DNA of 63,774 bases, the filler included, from Chiloscyllium plagiosum (lineage: Eukaryota), in NCBI RefSeq assembly GCF_004010195.1. It is 6 parts of 6 records of this genome, joined end to end, with 100 filler letters (N's around TTAATTAATTAA, not from the genome) between each part and the next. Parts side by side here need not be neighbours in the genome. Positions count along the whole stretch, not along the records: positions 39,996 to 63,774 come from NW_025214513.1; 5 more parts are not named here. The stretch is one strand, 5' to 3'. Shown here in pieces: positions 50,306-63,774 of the stretch. Numbering within the stretch: position 1 is the first letter of the stretch; each line of letters opens with the position of its first letter. The notes below the pieces were generated by a model. That model was given only the letters and a program-made list of their open reading frames with translations. It was not told the DNA's origin and did no database searches. A program made the position numbers and the translations under genes.

Positions 50306-52148
50306 GTAAGACATACATACGAGAGCACTAGAAATCATTCTGAACTCCGATGTGAATCAGATACACACATTTATCAAACTAAGTCAACAGCACTAAAGTG
50401 TGCAGCATCTCATTCACAAACGTGTCATGCATTTCAGTTTGAGTGTGACATTAGCATTGCTCATAATTCAACATTAAGTCTAATCAGAAGAGCATGTTTT
50501 CCTCTATATTGAAGACATGTGAGCTGGCTTAACAGTCTTTTTTTAAAAGTAGTTTGTTGGCTGACCACACTTGGAGAGGCAGTTAGAGTGCCGAATCCAC
50601 GCCTGGTGACTTCATTAAGGCTAAAGGGTTTAGCGGGTGGGGGAGGGGTGCGTGTCTTGTGTGGGCCGGGGCATTAGGGTCACAGAGGTATTTTTTGGAA
50701 ACTTAACACATACAGAGAGTCCGAGTTTGGGTGAACGTGGAGTAAATGTTTTGACAAGTAGGCGAGAAAAGGACACGAGAGCATAACCTCGGAGGCAAAG
50801 GGTGCACCATTTGTAACTGAGGTGGGGAAGAATTTCTTCAGCCAGAGGATGGTGGAATTCATTACCATAGACGGTTATGGAGACCAAGTCAGTGACTGTA
50901 TTTATGATGGCGATTGATCGGTTAGTACATGGAGAAGGCTGGAGAATGTGGTAGAGAAACATATCACACATGATCGAATGGCAGGGCAGACTCGATTGGC
51001 CGAATTGTCTCATTCTGCTCCTATATCTTACTATCTTGTGGTCTCAAAATTACAAGGTAAAATATGCAGTTACCCTTTTTGCAAAATAAATCAAAATGTG
51101 GTCAATGACTCATTTCCTGCTCAGGAATGACCTGTTGGACTTGGGCATTGTACTTCATAGATTTTATCTGGTACTGAGCTCTTTAACTTTATTCATGGGA
51201 GCAGGCCGAAGAGCAAGTTGGTATCACATTTGATCAATCCGGACAAACAGAGCCTAATTGAAACTCTTTAAGGTACTCTCTGCAATTAGTGGATGTGGCA
51301 GGAGAAAACATTTTAGTGGGAAGGCTACAGTAGCGATGAACGAACGAGGAATTAGAGTCAGGCGTATTCAGCCTGGTGTCCGGATGGAGATGTTCCCACA
51401 GTGATCAGTGGAAGTCTGAATAATGCTCACGCAAATTTCCAACAATTTGTAGAATAATGTTAGACACTCGTATTTCTTTTGTTTCTATTCTACTAAGAAA
51501 TTCACTGTTTTGTTTTTAGATCTACTACAAATTTGACAGGAGGAATAATATCTCATGGTATGTTTTTGAAAATGATCTCACACCAATAATACAAATAATT
51601 TACAATAACGTTAAACACATTGAACGGAATTTCTGTGACTGATAACTGCCCCATAACACTTTTAAACGCCTGCAAACGCATGAGAACAAAGAAAATAATT
51701 ATGTTTGATTACAGTTTGTTAAAAATTGGGGATGTAATTTGACATTCAGAATGCCCAGCAGCATTTGCAAGTACGTTTCATGAACATAGAAATGAAATCG
51801 TTATATTCAGATTAAGCTTGTCAAAAGTATCAAAGGATGGTCCTAACTGAGAGAAGAGCTCTGAAAGGAAGGTAATTCCATGTGTTACGTCATGGTATCT
51901 TTGATTTTACTTTTTCACAGGTTTCACTAGTTACAAAGCCTTTATGAATGATTACATGCGTCATGTTATAGATAATAACAAATGTTTTCACAAATCAAAA
52001 TATGTCAGCAAGAGGAACCATCATTTCAGCAACATTTGGAAGCTGCCATGTCAAAGGTGGTTTCCTCACTTCATGAGTAAATAGCCTGAAGACTCGGTGT
52101 TTTGATCCTTAAGAGGCATTTTTCATTGATTTGATTTCTGTTTCATAG

Positions 52149-52455
52149 GAGTTACTGATTGCCACGATTACACAGTTACACTCCTACCACCGCCATTAGA
52201 ACACATCTTACTGGAGGCGACGGTGACATTAACCTGTGTTGTGTCCAATCTTTCTTCTGGTGCCAATGTCACCTTGTGCAAGAAAAGAAGACTCTGAAAT
52301 CAGAGATCTCTAATCGGCCTAGAGAAAATCCCGACAGCGTGACCAGCAAATTAATCACTTCTACTGAAGCCTGGATGAGTCACGTTAGTTTTGAAGGTTT
52401 GGTGAACCATCTGTATCTACTGACTCCACTGAGAACTCCATTCACAAGGAAAATG
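52149..52455 (+). pseudogene. IgM CH3 exon with two frameshifts and lost second Cys
   Basis: TVTLLPPPLEHILLEATVTLTCVVSN / QEKKTLKSEI..STEAW..FEGLVNH; AG and GT boundaries intact. Confidence 0.88.
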
Positions 52456-52920
52456 GTGAGCGGTGAGATGAAAAAACAAGGCATCCTATGTGTAATCTCG
52501 ATCCAGTAACATACATGACATGCTTGGATTGGCTCCTAATAACATTGGGAGCATTAAACATGTGTCTGATGTCAGGATAGCTAAATATTTGATTGAGAAC
52601 AAGATGGACCAAAGCTTGTTCTTTTTTCGTTATAAGTCAAATAAAGTGTGAAGAAGCCTGGTTTGTGTTTTTAACATCAGCAATGACAAATGGACAGGAG
52701 GTCTTAGTTGTAGGTTGGAAACAGGAAACATGGAGGCGATTTTCGAATTAAACTCTTCACTCTTAATGATTAGGATGGATATCATTCTGCTCGATCAGAA
52801 AATGAGAGTGAATAAATCCCAAATTTAAAAACCAAACTGGCACATTTTAATATGTCTGAAATTGCAATATTGATTTTGGATTTTTATAGTGGATTTATAT
52901 TTGTTTCAAATATTCTGCAG

Positions 52921-53312
52921 GATAAACGCTACTGGAGCCATCAGTGTCGTTCCTCCTGCCACCAACAGAAGATGTTTCCGCTAAAAGGTTTCTCTCCCTC
53001 ACCTGTGTAGTGAGAGGCTTCTCTTCCCGAGAGATCTTAGTCAAGTGGACAAACAATGACAAGCCAGTTAATCCCAGTAACTACAAGAACACCGAGGTGA
53101 TGGCGGAAAGCGAGAGCACCTCCTTCTTCATGGACACCCTGTTGTCCATTACAACAGAGGAGTGGGCCAGTGGTGCTTCTTATTCCTGTGTGGTGGGACA
53201 TGAAGCGATTCCACTGAAGATCATCAACAGAACAGTCGATAAATCCAGCGGTAAACCATGTTTTGTGAACATTTCACTTGCACTGATGGGCACTATTAAT
53301 TCATGTCAATAA
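52921..53312 (+). pseudogene. IgM CH4 plus secretory tailpiece
   Basis: [46 protein letters not shown]|[19 protein letters not shown]; internal donor at 53251; TAA at 52923-52925 in the expected frame; AATAAA at 53309 and 53349. Confidence 0.92.
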
Positions 53313-53799
53313 AAAATTCGAAGATGTTTTTAATAATTCAACAAAAGTAATAAAGCTTTTTCTTCCAATTGTGATTTAAATATTCAACCGTTTAATTAAT
53401 TGTGCTTCTCACTTTTAATTATATTCCAGTTGTAAAGTTAAGTTGGATTAGTAACAGGTGTTGGACTCATGCCTTGTGCAGTCAATGTTCCCTGCTCGGA
53501 CAAAGTTAAGATCAGAGATAAAGTAAAGCTCACGCATTGCCGGATTCTGAAAAGTAACTTTTCCATTTTTAATTCCAATAAAACGAAATCTGAAAATCCC
53601 CAATTTCTGTCAAGTGAACAACACGAATTTTGAAATTGGTTTTCCTGATTCCCCGATTGCACATTCTTACGAAATTCATGTCAGCTTTCAATTGCCACAA
53701 TGCAACAATTGGGAACGCAATCTTAAGAGACATTTGAAATTAGTGTTGATTGGAAAGTACCAATCGCAAAGAGTGCAGATTAAGTTGAATATAACACGA

Positions 53800-54472
53800 C
53801 TGTTGCAAACGTTTCGTCCCCTGTCTAGGGGACATCCTCAGTGCTTAGGAGCCTCCTGGGAAGCGCGCCTGTGGTGTTTCCTCCGGCATTTATAGTGGCC
53901 TGTCCTTGCCGCTTCCGGTTGTCAGTTTCAGCTAAAACTAAGGACCCGATACCCAACATGAGCAAAACTAACGTAGTGTACAAAATGCCATGCAAGGACT
54001 TCACAAAACACTATATAGGACAAACAGGAATAAAGCTAACGATCCGCATCCACGAACATCAACTAGCCACGAAACGACACTACCAGCTATCCCTAGTAGC
54101 CACACACGCAGAGGACAAGCAACATGAATTTCACTGGGACAACACTACCATTATAGGGCAAGCGAAACAAAGAACAGCCATGGAATTCCTAGAAGCTTGG
54201 CACTCATCCACAAACTCCATCAACAAACACATCGACCTGGACCCAATATGCCAGCCACTACAGCGGACAGCTGGAACTCGCAACCGGAAGCGGCAGGGGC
54301 AGGCCACTATAAATGCCGGAGGAAACACAACAGAAGTGCTTCACAGGAGGCTCCCAAGCACTGAGGATGTCACCGAGACAGGGTACGTAACGTTTGCAAC
54401 AAAAAACTTCCAGCTCGGCGAACAGAACCACAGCAACGAGCACCCGAGCCACAAATCTTCTCACAATCTTTG
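53800..54472 (+). mobile_element. Truncated Penelope-like element: GIY-YIG endonuclease plus inverted 5' copy of its 3' end
   Basis: NVVYKMPCKDFTKHYIGQTG..RIHEH..FLEAW; 53800-53930 is an inverted copy of ~54265-54400. Confidence 0.9.
53805..53844 (-). ncRNA. Minimal type I hammerhead ribozyme motif
   Basis: GCA-CUGAGGA-U-GUCCCC(UAGACA)GGGGAC-GAA-ACGU-U-UGC. Confidence 0.8.
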
Positions 54473-56791
54473 AACACTAGTGTCTGTGTAACCAGGGATC
54501 TTGTACCAATGCAGTAGTTGACAGAATGCATGTTAATTTCCCCAACAAAGAGACCGAAAGGAAGATTATTGTTGTTCAGCCGAAGGAGGAGGAGAGGGGA
54601 ATTATTAACGGTCTGTACTCTTACTCACTCTGCAGAGTTTTCAAGATAGAAGTCCACTGTAATGTACCACAGTCGCTGACAGGAACAGTCAGCTTATTCT
54701 TTACTGTCTGAAGATTCCAACTTTCCATGCAAAATAATACCTTTGAATATGCTCGACATGATTTACCCTGTTAATCGTTTGTTAACATTGACTCCCCTTA
54801 ATCCTAAACTGGTATTTGCATCATCCCAGTTTGAAGTCCATAGTTTTGTCTCAGTTTTCTGGAGCACATGGGAGAAATTCTGGTATTCGAACTTCTGACA
54901 TAGTTCGCTTCACGTACAGAATATTTATAGATATTTTGTAATCAGCATGTTCGGAAATGTAAGTCTGCATGTCTGGAATAGTGGAAATTTGAGCTCACCT
55001 CAGAGACAGAAATTCAATCTCTGCAACAAAGGAGTAGCTCACATCGAGGGCTGAAGGGCCTGGTTTGCGCAGTTTTGTTCTATGTTCTAAAAGATTTATC
55101 TTTCCACGACAGTCAGAAATGTTCCTGACAACATCAGGATCAGACATAATTGTTGACAATCCATTAAAACACAAAGATAATGCAAATTATAGTCTAGTAT
55201 AAGAGCTGAAACAGTTACAGAGAGATGCTCACAAATACATACGCAAAAACAAATACACAGCCTCTCACCTAAAGACACATGTTTATGCGCATACATAAAC
55301 TTGCACACAGATGAACTGTCACACACGTTTGCATACACACAGCTACACATGCAAATGGTACTTAAAACACTCATCTAGTCCCCAGAAAAACGCATATTCA
55401 CAGAAAAAATAGCACATGCACAAATGGACAAGGATATCCACACATAACTATGAAAAGCGTAGATGCACATTAATACACAAATGGACATGACTGCATTTCT
55501 ATGCATGCAGCAGAATGCTGATAGACATACATTCATACGCACACAGATACAACATCTGAAAATTTAATTCCCACGTGTAGGCTCACACAGGCACGTATGA
55601 GCATAGGTTAAAATAAATATTAGTTCTTAATTTTCATAATCACAAACGTATGATTGCAGAGGCAGCTTATTTTATTTTGAAACCACTTTGATCAGCACTT
55701 ATACATGGTCACACACACACATAAATTCTGAGTCGTACATGCAGACGTGCAAATAATGGGGCGTTTATTAACCAAGGAGAATGGCACAAGCATCACAAAC
55801 ATTCACACACAATAACACAAACAAGCACATCAGGCAATGGTTTAGGATAGATTGCCACAAAAACAGATCATCACGCAAAGATAAACATCCACCAAACATG
55901 GCGTTGCATTCACACATTTATTGAGGACAAACATGAAAATAACCGAATGTGGGTAGGACCTGAAATAGACAGATCCTGCTGTATATTGGTAGTATGGCAT
56001 AACGAAAAGTAAACACTCACAAGAACGTTAAAAGATAAATGTAGGCGTCAACGAAGTGCCAGTTTAGCATGATGATGCTTACACGTCGTGAAGGGAACAA
56101 TATTTGAATACAAAGAAAAATGTGAGTACATCAGTAGTAAAGAACATGAGTATGTTTATTCATACACACACTCCAAAATGGGCAAATGCAATGCAAGAGG
56201 CAGACATTACCACATCCACAAACACAAGGAAAAACATAAATATCAAGCCATAGAAAAAATAAATTAAGAGCGACATGCACAAAAACTGATTCCTAAATAT
56301 ACAGATCCTACAAACAAAAATATGAAGCATTTTTCATGCTGTGGATGTAATTTACATTCATGAGATGCCAAGCAATTGGTCACCAATATATCATGAAGAT
56401 GAGAATCACATATGAACTTTTATCCAGCGATGGGCAAAATCTTGAACTAAACTGCAGTCACAGCACATATTTAAAATATAATGATAAAATTAAAATAATT
56501 GTTCTCAATAAGTATCCCTCAAATGATAATATTCTTCAATAATAGATTAAAAGACAAAGTAATTCAAAGTGTTCTGACACGGACAGTAAGGAGAAAATGT
56601 GCAGTTAATATTAGTTAGTTCTTGCTGCGAATCAATAATGCATTAATACGTGCAGATCGAGAGTCAAAATTGAGAAATATCTGACTGCCTAAAGAAGATG
56701 TAACGGCTTCTAATTACAATTCTAAAATGCAGATAGATCGGTCAGCATCAATAAACAATCTAAACATGTTCTCTCAGCTTTATATTCATAG

Positions 56792-56919
56792 ATTCAATAG
56801 ATCATACTTGGATTGAAGACTATGGGGATGATAATGGCAACATCTGGACAACTGCTTCCACGTTCATCACCCTGTTCTTCCTGAGTATTTTCTACAGAGC
56901 TGCCGTCATTCTGGTGAAG
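56792..56919 (+). pseudogene. IgM TM1 exon (DSIDHTWIEDYGDDNGNIWTTASTFITLFFLSIFYRAAVILVK)
   Basis: WTTASTF..LF.LS.FY receptor TM motif; AG/GT boundaries; phase fits the CH4 internal donor. Confidence 0.92.
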
Positions 56920-57059
56920 GTGATTATAATCAAATAATTCACACAGCAAGCAGCCAAAGATGTTTTGTGAAATATAGAAGTGTGCCACTGAATACAACTC
57001 AGAACCTAAATGCATTTGATAATAAACATCTGCATCATGACTTTATCTCTCTTTTCCAG

Positions 57060-57068
57060 GTTAAGTGA
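57060..57068 (+). pseudogene. IgM TM2 exon (VK*)
   Basis: TCTCTCTTTTCCAG|GTTAAGTGA gives the KVK tail; AATAAA near 57499. Confidence 0.88.
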
Positions 57069-59281
57069 ATGAGTTGTGGACACTGTAGATTTTCCTCATC
57101 TGTTTATTAAGGCTTCTGAATTCCCAATCTACTATCTGTCCTGTTGCTGACTCGAATAGTGAGATCACTTCAGTTTGTCAGTGTGTAACTGAGATAAATA
57201 TTGATGTCCTTTCGTTTTCAAATTGATATCTTTGAGATGATTATAGTTGGAATAATTTGTAGCTTCCCAGTTGTTTGAATTCAATTCGTTTTTTTTTTAA
57301 CTTTGTTCCTTATTCAGAATGGATGCCACCCTTATATGCTGAGCCTTTTCATTCTCTTTCTGGCGATTGCTACAGATGTACATAAAATTCAAGGCTCATT
57401 GTGCATGCGATCTCGTCTCAATGTAGCATACAGTCATTATATTCACTTCTATTAACTTTAACATAAGCTTTTCGATAAAAATGCTTCTGAAATGGTTAAT
57501 AAATCTTGAAAGAATATGCACTAACTTTGAGTATGCTTAGTTCTTTCTTCGAGGCCAATACATAAAAAATACATTTTTCCAAGTTTACACATTCCACTCC
57601 CTTCTCAGCAAACACCTTTCACTTGACTTGTCTAGTTGTGTTTCATAGTTATTTCGGTTAATTCTCCGCCTCCATGTGGACCACTCATATAATTGCATTT
57701 TTCACACTGTCTGTCTTACGGAATTCTCCAGAGGCAGAATGATTAGAGACCATGTCCTCTTAAGCACAAATCGTCACGCCCACGGGTCACATAATAATAA
57801 AAATCAGGAACGTTGCTCACAGAAATCTATGAGAGGCAGGCAAATGAATGAGGAAGTTGAGTCTGTTTAAACTAAAAGTATTCCCAATGTCGGGGCAGGC
57901 TGGTTTATTAATGCATAAATCGGCACCCAGATGTCCAATTAAACGTTTATCAGTCAAAAATGTCAACGTTCAGTCAGACATGCAGGCACAACACATGGAA
58001 AAACGTTGGGCGGATTCTCTCAACTGGAGTTTCTCGCACAAATATGACTCGTGGAGCATAAATTCTAGGATCTATTTGACACACCACACCTCTCAAATCC
58101 CATTAAGTGAGACTCAGATATGTCTTATTCAGGAATATTACTGAACAGAAAGCCACGAAAATCATAAATCACACCTCGATTTGGATCAGGCGAGGTAGAA
58201 ATCAGATGTACAGGCAGAATTCAGCACCAATCATTTCAACTGGTTACAGAATCTGAATCCAATCTTGTCTAGTTTATTATTTCTGGGAGCAATATATGTA
58301 GTATTAATCCCTTATGAAAGCAATTGAAATACATATATTTAAAATAATCTATCAATTTATATTTGACTCCGCAACATCTGATAAATTGGTCGCTCTGGAA
58401 CACCCAAAAATCTGTAATTACTCGAGGCCTGATAATAAATTCAAAAAACGAAGCTTTCCCATGTATTTTAATTTATCATTTCATCGGTAAACATGAAATT
58501 TATACCTCTGCAAGAGAGAATGATCAACATTAATGTATACATTTACAAACGGATGCATTCTCAAATTTTAAATGAATTGTTCACTGTGTGAAACTATTCA
58601 CACACGGAGAGTCTCGCTAAACCATTAGAACATTAGTCGCATATTAACATTGCAACTTGAATTGTTACTGATGCAAAATTTCTAAAATAAACACAGAGGA
58701 TCATCGAAGCAGTGGAAGTGAAAATGGGAACTGATAGGGTGCAAAGCATAGAAATTGTGAAGACGCCAGGACAGATTTTTATGTTTACTGTGTAACTTAG
58801 AATCGTGTCATTGCTGAACAATCACAATTGCTTTTTAAAAGCATCAGGCCAGGCGAAATGCGAATTCACCTTGAATGTCATAATTAATCCTGAGTCCGCT
58901 GCACACTTTACAGGAGCAGAAAATATCCAAAGCATTCGCTGCATTCAAGTAAGTTTCACCTTATCTTCTTTTGTGATGTTTCGATTGCCAATTATACTTA
59001 TAAAGTGCCTGAATTCTCTTAATTCTTATTCAGCGAGAACAGTTTGTCCAAAGCGAATCTACCCAAATGTATCAGGGATTTAAGGCATCAAGCAAAATGA
59101 AAATTTTTGTTCATCAGAGAACAATCCTAATTTCTCGAAGTCGGTGAGATGGATCATCCAAGGAACACTTTTGCGAGTCAGTCATGCACCCACTCTCATG
59201 ACTTTACTTTTTTTTCAGAAATGTAGCACTTGAAACTGGATGCAATATTCCAGGTGAGGCAATATACTGTTTAATTTCATG

Positions 59282-61595
59282 ATTTGGAGATGCCGGTGTT
59301 GGACTGGGGTGTACAAAGTTAAAAATCACACAACACCAGGTTATAGTCCAATAGGTTTAGTGGGAAGCACACTAGCTTTCGGAGCGACGCTCCTTCATCA
59401 GGTGATGGTGGAGGGCTCAATCCTAACACAGAATTTATAGCAAAAATTTACAGTGTGATGTAACTGTAATTATACATTGAAAAATTGATTGCCTGTTAAG
59501 CCTTTCATCTGTTAGAATACAGTGATACTTTCACTTCTTTCATATGAAAATTACAAAACCTTTTTTTTAAAAGTTGCATTCTCGGGTTAGCTGTTAACAG
59601 TGGTGATAGCTAGACAATATGTTGAAGGTGTTGCCCCTGTGTTCTCTGTCTATGCCAAGATGTGTAGATTGATTCTAATCTAAAAGAGTGAGATAACTGA
59701 GTTTTACATAAATTCATGCAGTTTTTGAGCTCCGAGTTCTACATGAATGCATGCAGTTTTTGAGCAAAATACAATGTAACCCTGCAAGTACAAACTCACC
59801 CCACAAAATATATGTGTGCATGTGGGTCTTTGTCTGTGTGTGTGTGTGTGTCTGTCTGGGTTGGGGGTTGTGAGTGTGAGAAAGTGTATGTGTGTGTGTG
59901 TACTGAGTGTAGTGTCTTAAGTCTGTGAGGGAGTGCATGTGGGAATGTATGTCTGTTGGTGTCTGTGTGTGTGTTCGTAGGAATATCTGTGTGTGTGTGT
60001 GTGTGTGTGTGTATAGTGCAATGCTGGTCACCTGTAATGTGACATGAACCTAACAACCCAGTTGAGGCCCTCCCCATGGGTACCGAACTTAGCTGTCAGC
60101 CTCTGCTCGGCCACTTTTCTCTGCTGCCTGTCCCGAAGTCCACCTTGAAGGATGGTCACCCGAAGGTCGGAGACTGAATATCCTGGACCACTGAAGTGCT
60201 CCCCAACTGGGAGGGAACCCTCCTGTCTGTTGATTTTTATGTGGTGTCCATTCATCCGTTTCGTAGCCTTTGCTCCGCTTCCCCAATGTACCATTCCTCC
60301 GGGCATCCTTGCCTGCAACGTATAAGATAGACAACTTTGGCTGAGTCACATGAGTACCTGCCATGTACAAGGGGGGAGGTGTCCCAATAATGGTATCTAT
60401 GTCCACACTCTGACACATCTTGCAGCATCTACCGTGTCAGGATTGTATGGAGTTGTCCTGAGAGCCGGACAGCTTGCTGCGAGCAACTATCTGTTTGAAG
60501 TTTGGCGGTTGTTTAAAGGCAAGTAGTGGAGTTGTGGGGAATGTCTTGGTGAGGTGCTCATCCTCATTGATAATGTGTTGCAGGTCACGAAGAACATGGC
60601 GTAATTTTTCAGCTCCTGTGAAATACTGAACAACGAAGGGTACACAATCGGTTGCAGCACATACCTGTCTCGTCAGGAGGTCATTACGGTTCCGTGCTGT
60701 GGCACGTCGTAACTGGCGGTCGATGAGTTGGGCATCGTACTCCGTTCTTGTGAGGGCATCCTTGAGTACTTCCAGGTGTCCGTCACGTTCCTCCACATCT
60801 GAGCAGATCCAGTGTATGCGTAGGGCTTGTCCATAAGGGATGACTGTTTTAATATGGTTTGCTTGGAAGCTGGAGAAGTGTAGCATTGTGAGGTTGTCGG
60901 TGGGTTTGTGGTAGAGTGTGGTGCTGTGGTGTCCATCCTTGATGGAGACGCACGTGTCCAAGAATGAGACAGACAGTCGATAGTAGTCCATGGTGTGTTT
61001 GACGGTGGGATGAAACTTGTTGATGTCATTGTGTAGTTTTATCAGTGACGCGTCGCCATGGGTCCAGAGGAAGGAAATGTCATCAATGTACCTGGTGTAC
61101 AATGTTCGTTGGAGATCCTGCACAGAGAAGAAGTCTTGTTCGAACCAGCCATCCCCTATGGACAAGCCCTAGTCAGAGCTCAAAAACTGTATGAAATGAT
61201 GTCAAACTCTGTTATCTCACTTTTTAGATTAGAATCAATCTAAACATCATGGCATAGACAGAGAACACAGGGGGCGAATACCTTCAACATATTATCTCGC
61301 TATCACCATTATTAACAGCTAACCCGAGAATGCAACTTTAAACGAAAAGGTTTTGTGATTTATCCATGAAACAAGTGAAAGTATCACTGTATTCTAATTG
61401 ATGAAAGGCTTAACAGACAATCAATTTTTCAATGTATAATTACATTTACATCAAACTGTAAATTTTTGCTATAAATTCTGTGTTAGGATTGAGCCCTCCA
61501 CTATCACCTGATGGAGGAGCGTCGCTTCGAAAGCTAATGTGCTTCCAATTAAACCTGTTGGACTATAACCTGGTGTTGTATGATTTTAACTTTGT
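59282..61595 (-). mobile_element. Penelope-like retroelement (RT thumb plus decayed GIY-YIG) flanked by ~420-bp inverted repeats
   Basis: YTRYIDDISFLW..FLDTCV..YHKPTD..IPYGQALR; arms at 59313-59732 and 61176-61595; (CA)n tract. Confidence 0.92.
59368..59405 (-). ncRNA. Minimal hammerhead ribozyme motif in the Penelope terminal repeat
   Basis: CAC-CUGAUGA-A-GGAGC(GUC)GCUCC-GAA-AGCU-A-GUG. Confidence 0.8.
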
Positions 61596-63774
61596 TTTAT
61601 TTTAATTTAACATAATTCATTTGTGCTTATTGTCTGCAGCACTATTTCTGAAGTTGGGGTTTATTTGTTCTTCTGTCGACATGTCATGGTACATTCCCTG
61701 ATTTGAGCACACATACACGGATGATTATCTCCTCCTACTCACCTCTGGATTTACAACTTTACTGTTATGTCTTCTTCTGAGTTCATCACAAATCAAAGAA
61801 GCACGTCACAGCTCCACGAGACTGAGATATACCTGACACAAGGAGGTCGTTGCTGGAACTCCTGCTACTTTCCATTTGATGTCTTTCCCTGCAGCATCTG
61901 TAAAAAATTGAAGTTCTACCTTGTTTTTACCAACATCATAATATTTGACCTTAAATTGTTATTCATTTTTCTTCTTTAATTGTGCCTCATGGACCGATGC
62001 AGAGGTTGTAACAACATGTACTCCAAACATTGAACTCCGAGATTGTACACGAAAAGGCAACGTATATCCTGAAAAGGCAAACTTCTCAGAACAAATGGTT
62101 GACTACAACAAAACAGCGAATGAGATGAATTTGATTTCATCGAAAAAGCAAATATAAAATACTCTGAAGGTACAGCAGCCCAGGCAAGACCTGAGCAGAG
62201 AGAACGAGTTTTTCTTCTAATATGTCTTTTTTCCAGAATTTGCCTTACGCACAATGTATCTTTATATTTCTCCTCACCAAGTCACCTATTGTGTTTTTAT
62301 TTTCAGTTATTAAGAATAAATAGATTAATTTATGTACAGAGTCTCATAAGTGCAATTCAAACCATCAAAGGAAGTCGGAAGAGCGAGAAGACGCTTCCCG
62401 TCAGTTTATTCCCTATCATGAGATAGTACTGCTGTACTAAGAGAGGATATTTCTGAGGGATTGTACAGTAAAGCTAAGCAAATGGAACTCATAAATAAGA
62501 AGGAGATGCGATTGTAATAGTCCCCTCCCCCCACCTCCCAGTAGTCAGAGTGAGATTGAAGATCAAATATGTGGAGAGATCTCATTGAGATGCAAGAATA
62601 ATACAGTTGTAATAATAGCGAATTTTAACCTTCTAAACATAAATTGGGACACCATAATGTTAAGTGTTTGGATGGTGAGGAATTTATTACACGTGCTCAA
62701 GAAAGATTTCTTAATTAATATGTATATGCAACCACCACAGATAAAAAATGAAAACTTTTCCTTGTCTTGTGATATAAGGCAGGGCAAGTGATTGAAGTAT
62801 TCATAGCGGAGCACTTTGGGGCCAGTGACTATAATTCAAATAGTTCTAAAATACTTATAGAAAGGATAGGTCTTGTATGGCTCGTTGACTCTAATATATA
62901 ACACATGTTTATTCTTAACCAGAACATCAGCATCTTTATTTCTCCATTGTTTCCTCTTGTTTCCAGCCTTACCTTCACTCTAACAGGAACGTAATGCCGC
63001 TGAACTTTCATTATCTCACTTTTAAAAGCCTCGCACTTTTTGGCTCTCCTTTTACCTGCAAACAGTTTACTCTAATCCATTCTTGGATGTTTTTTGTTTC
63101 ATTCTATCAAAATTTGCCCAGATCCAATGAGAAACTTTAACTTTTATACAAAACCTATCGTTTCCATAACTATTTTAGCACTATTTGAATTATAGTTACG
63201 ACATATAGACAAATGAGATCAAGTGAATTTCTTGAAGAATATAAGAGTTGTAGGGACATTTTTTAAAAAGATAAATCAGGAGGGAGAAAGAGGATATGAT
63301 ATGATATGTGATATATGTAGATTGTACCAACCTTCACCACTTCCTCCAGCAGATCATCCCATACATGCAACATTCTCTGCTTTAAAAAGTTGCCCATTAG
63401 GACCCTTTCATTTATTTCCTCTCTCATCCTAATCCTACCCCTCTTTTCTGGACTCCCTTAACCCAGGAAAAAACCTGTCTTTCCACTATATCTCCGCCGC
63501 TCAAGATTTTATACCGCTCACCCTCTGATGGTGCAGTGAAAACAAACAACCTATTCAGTTTCTTATTATATTACTGAATGTGGCCGTGAAGATGTAAAAA
63601 CCGAGAGGGAGTCGTCATAAATCATGCTGCATTTTGCATAAATGATGTCATTGCTTTAATATCTGTTGGTGTCAAACCGAGTATGGGTGCCTTTTCAATT
63701 TGATACCAGTTGCACAGAAACTGGGGAAATATACTGCAACAAAAAAGAAATGCAATTGCAGTGCGATTAATCCC

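Noticed and set aside
55200-56300. CA-rich low-complexity tract in the CH4-TM intron
   Set aside because: Decayed microsatellite with no clear periodicity or coding signal

Overview
Eukaryotic genomic DNA, almost certainly from a shark (HE1-type SINEs, shark CR1-type LINEs, cluster-type Ig exons). Five 100-nt spacers (44N-TTAATTAATTAA-44N) stitch six pieces together, so adjacency across them is not established. Bases 1-29969 are GC-rich and hold a Gypsy remnant with its 3' LTR, FAM136A (exons 2-3, minus) and RAB11FIP1 (four exons, minus; exon 1 and one internal exon not seen). Bases 30070-63774 are immunoglobulin debris: an already-joined, disabled light-chain L-VJ of the NS5/sigma-cart type, a frameshifted CL exon, paralogous IgM CH1 and CH3-end/CH4 fragments, and one whole IgM constant-region pseudogene (CH1, LINE-split CH2, CH3, CH4/secretory tail, TM1, TM2). 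Several Penelope-like elements carry minimal hammerhead ribozymes and inverted ends. The best leads are a G-rich, RGYW-dense ~32-bp tandem array upstream of both Cmu1 copies (switch-region-like), the out-of-frame germline VJ join, and the ribozyme-bearing Penelope structures. I found no wholly new system that I can demonstrate. All family assignments come from remembered motifs, not database searches.
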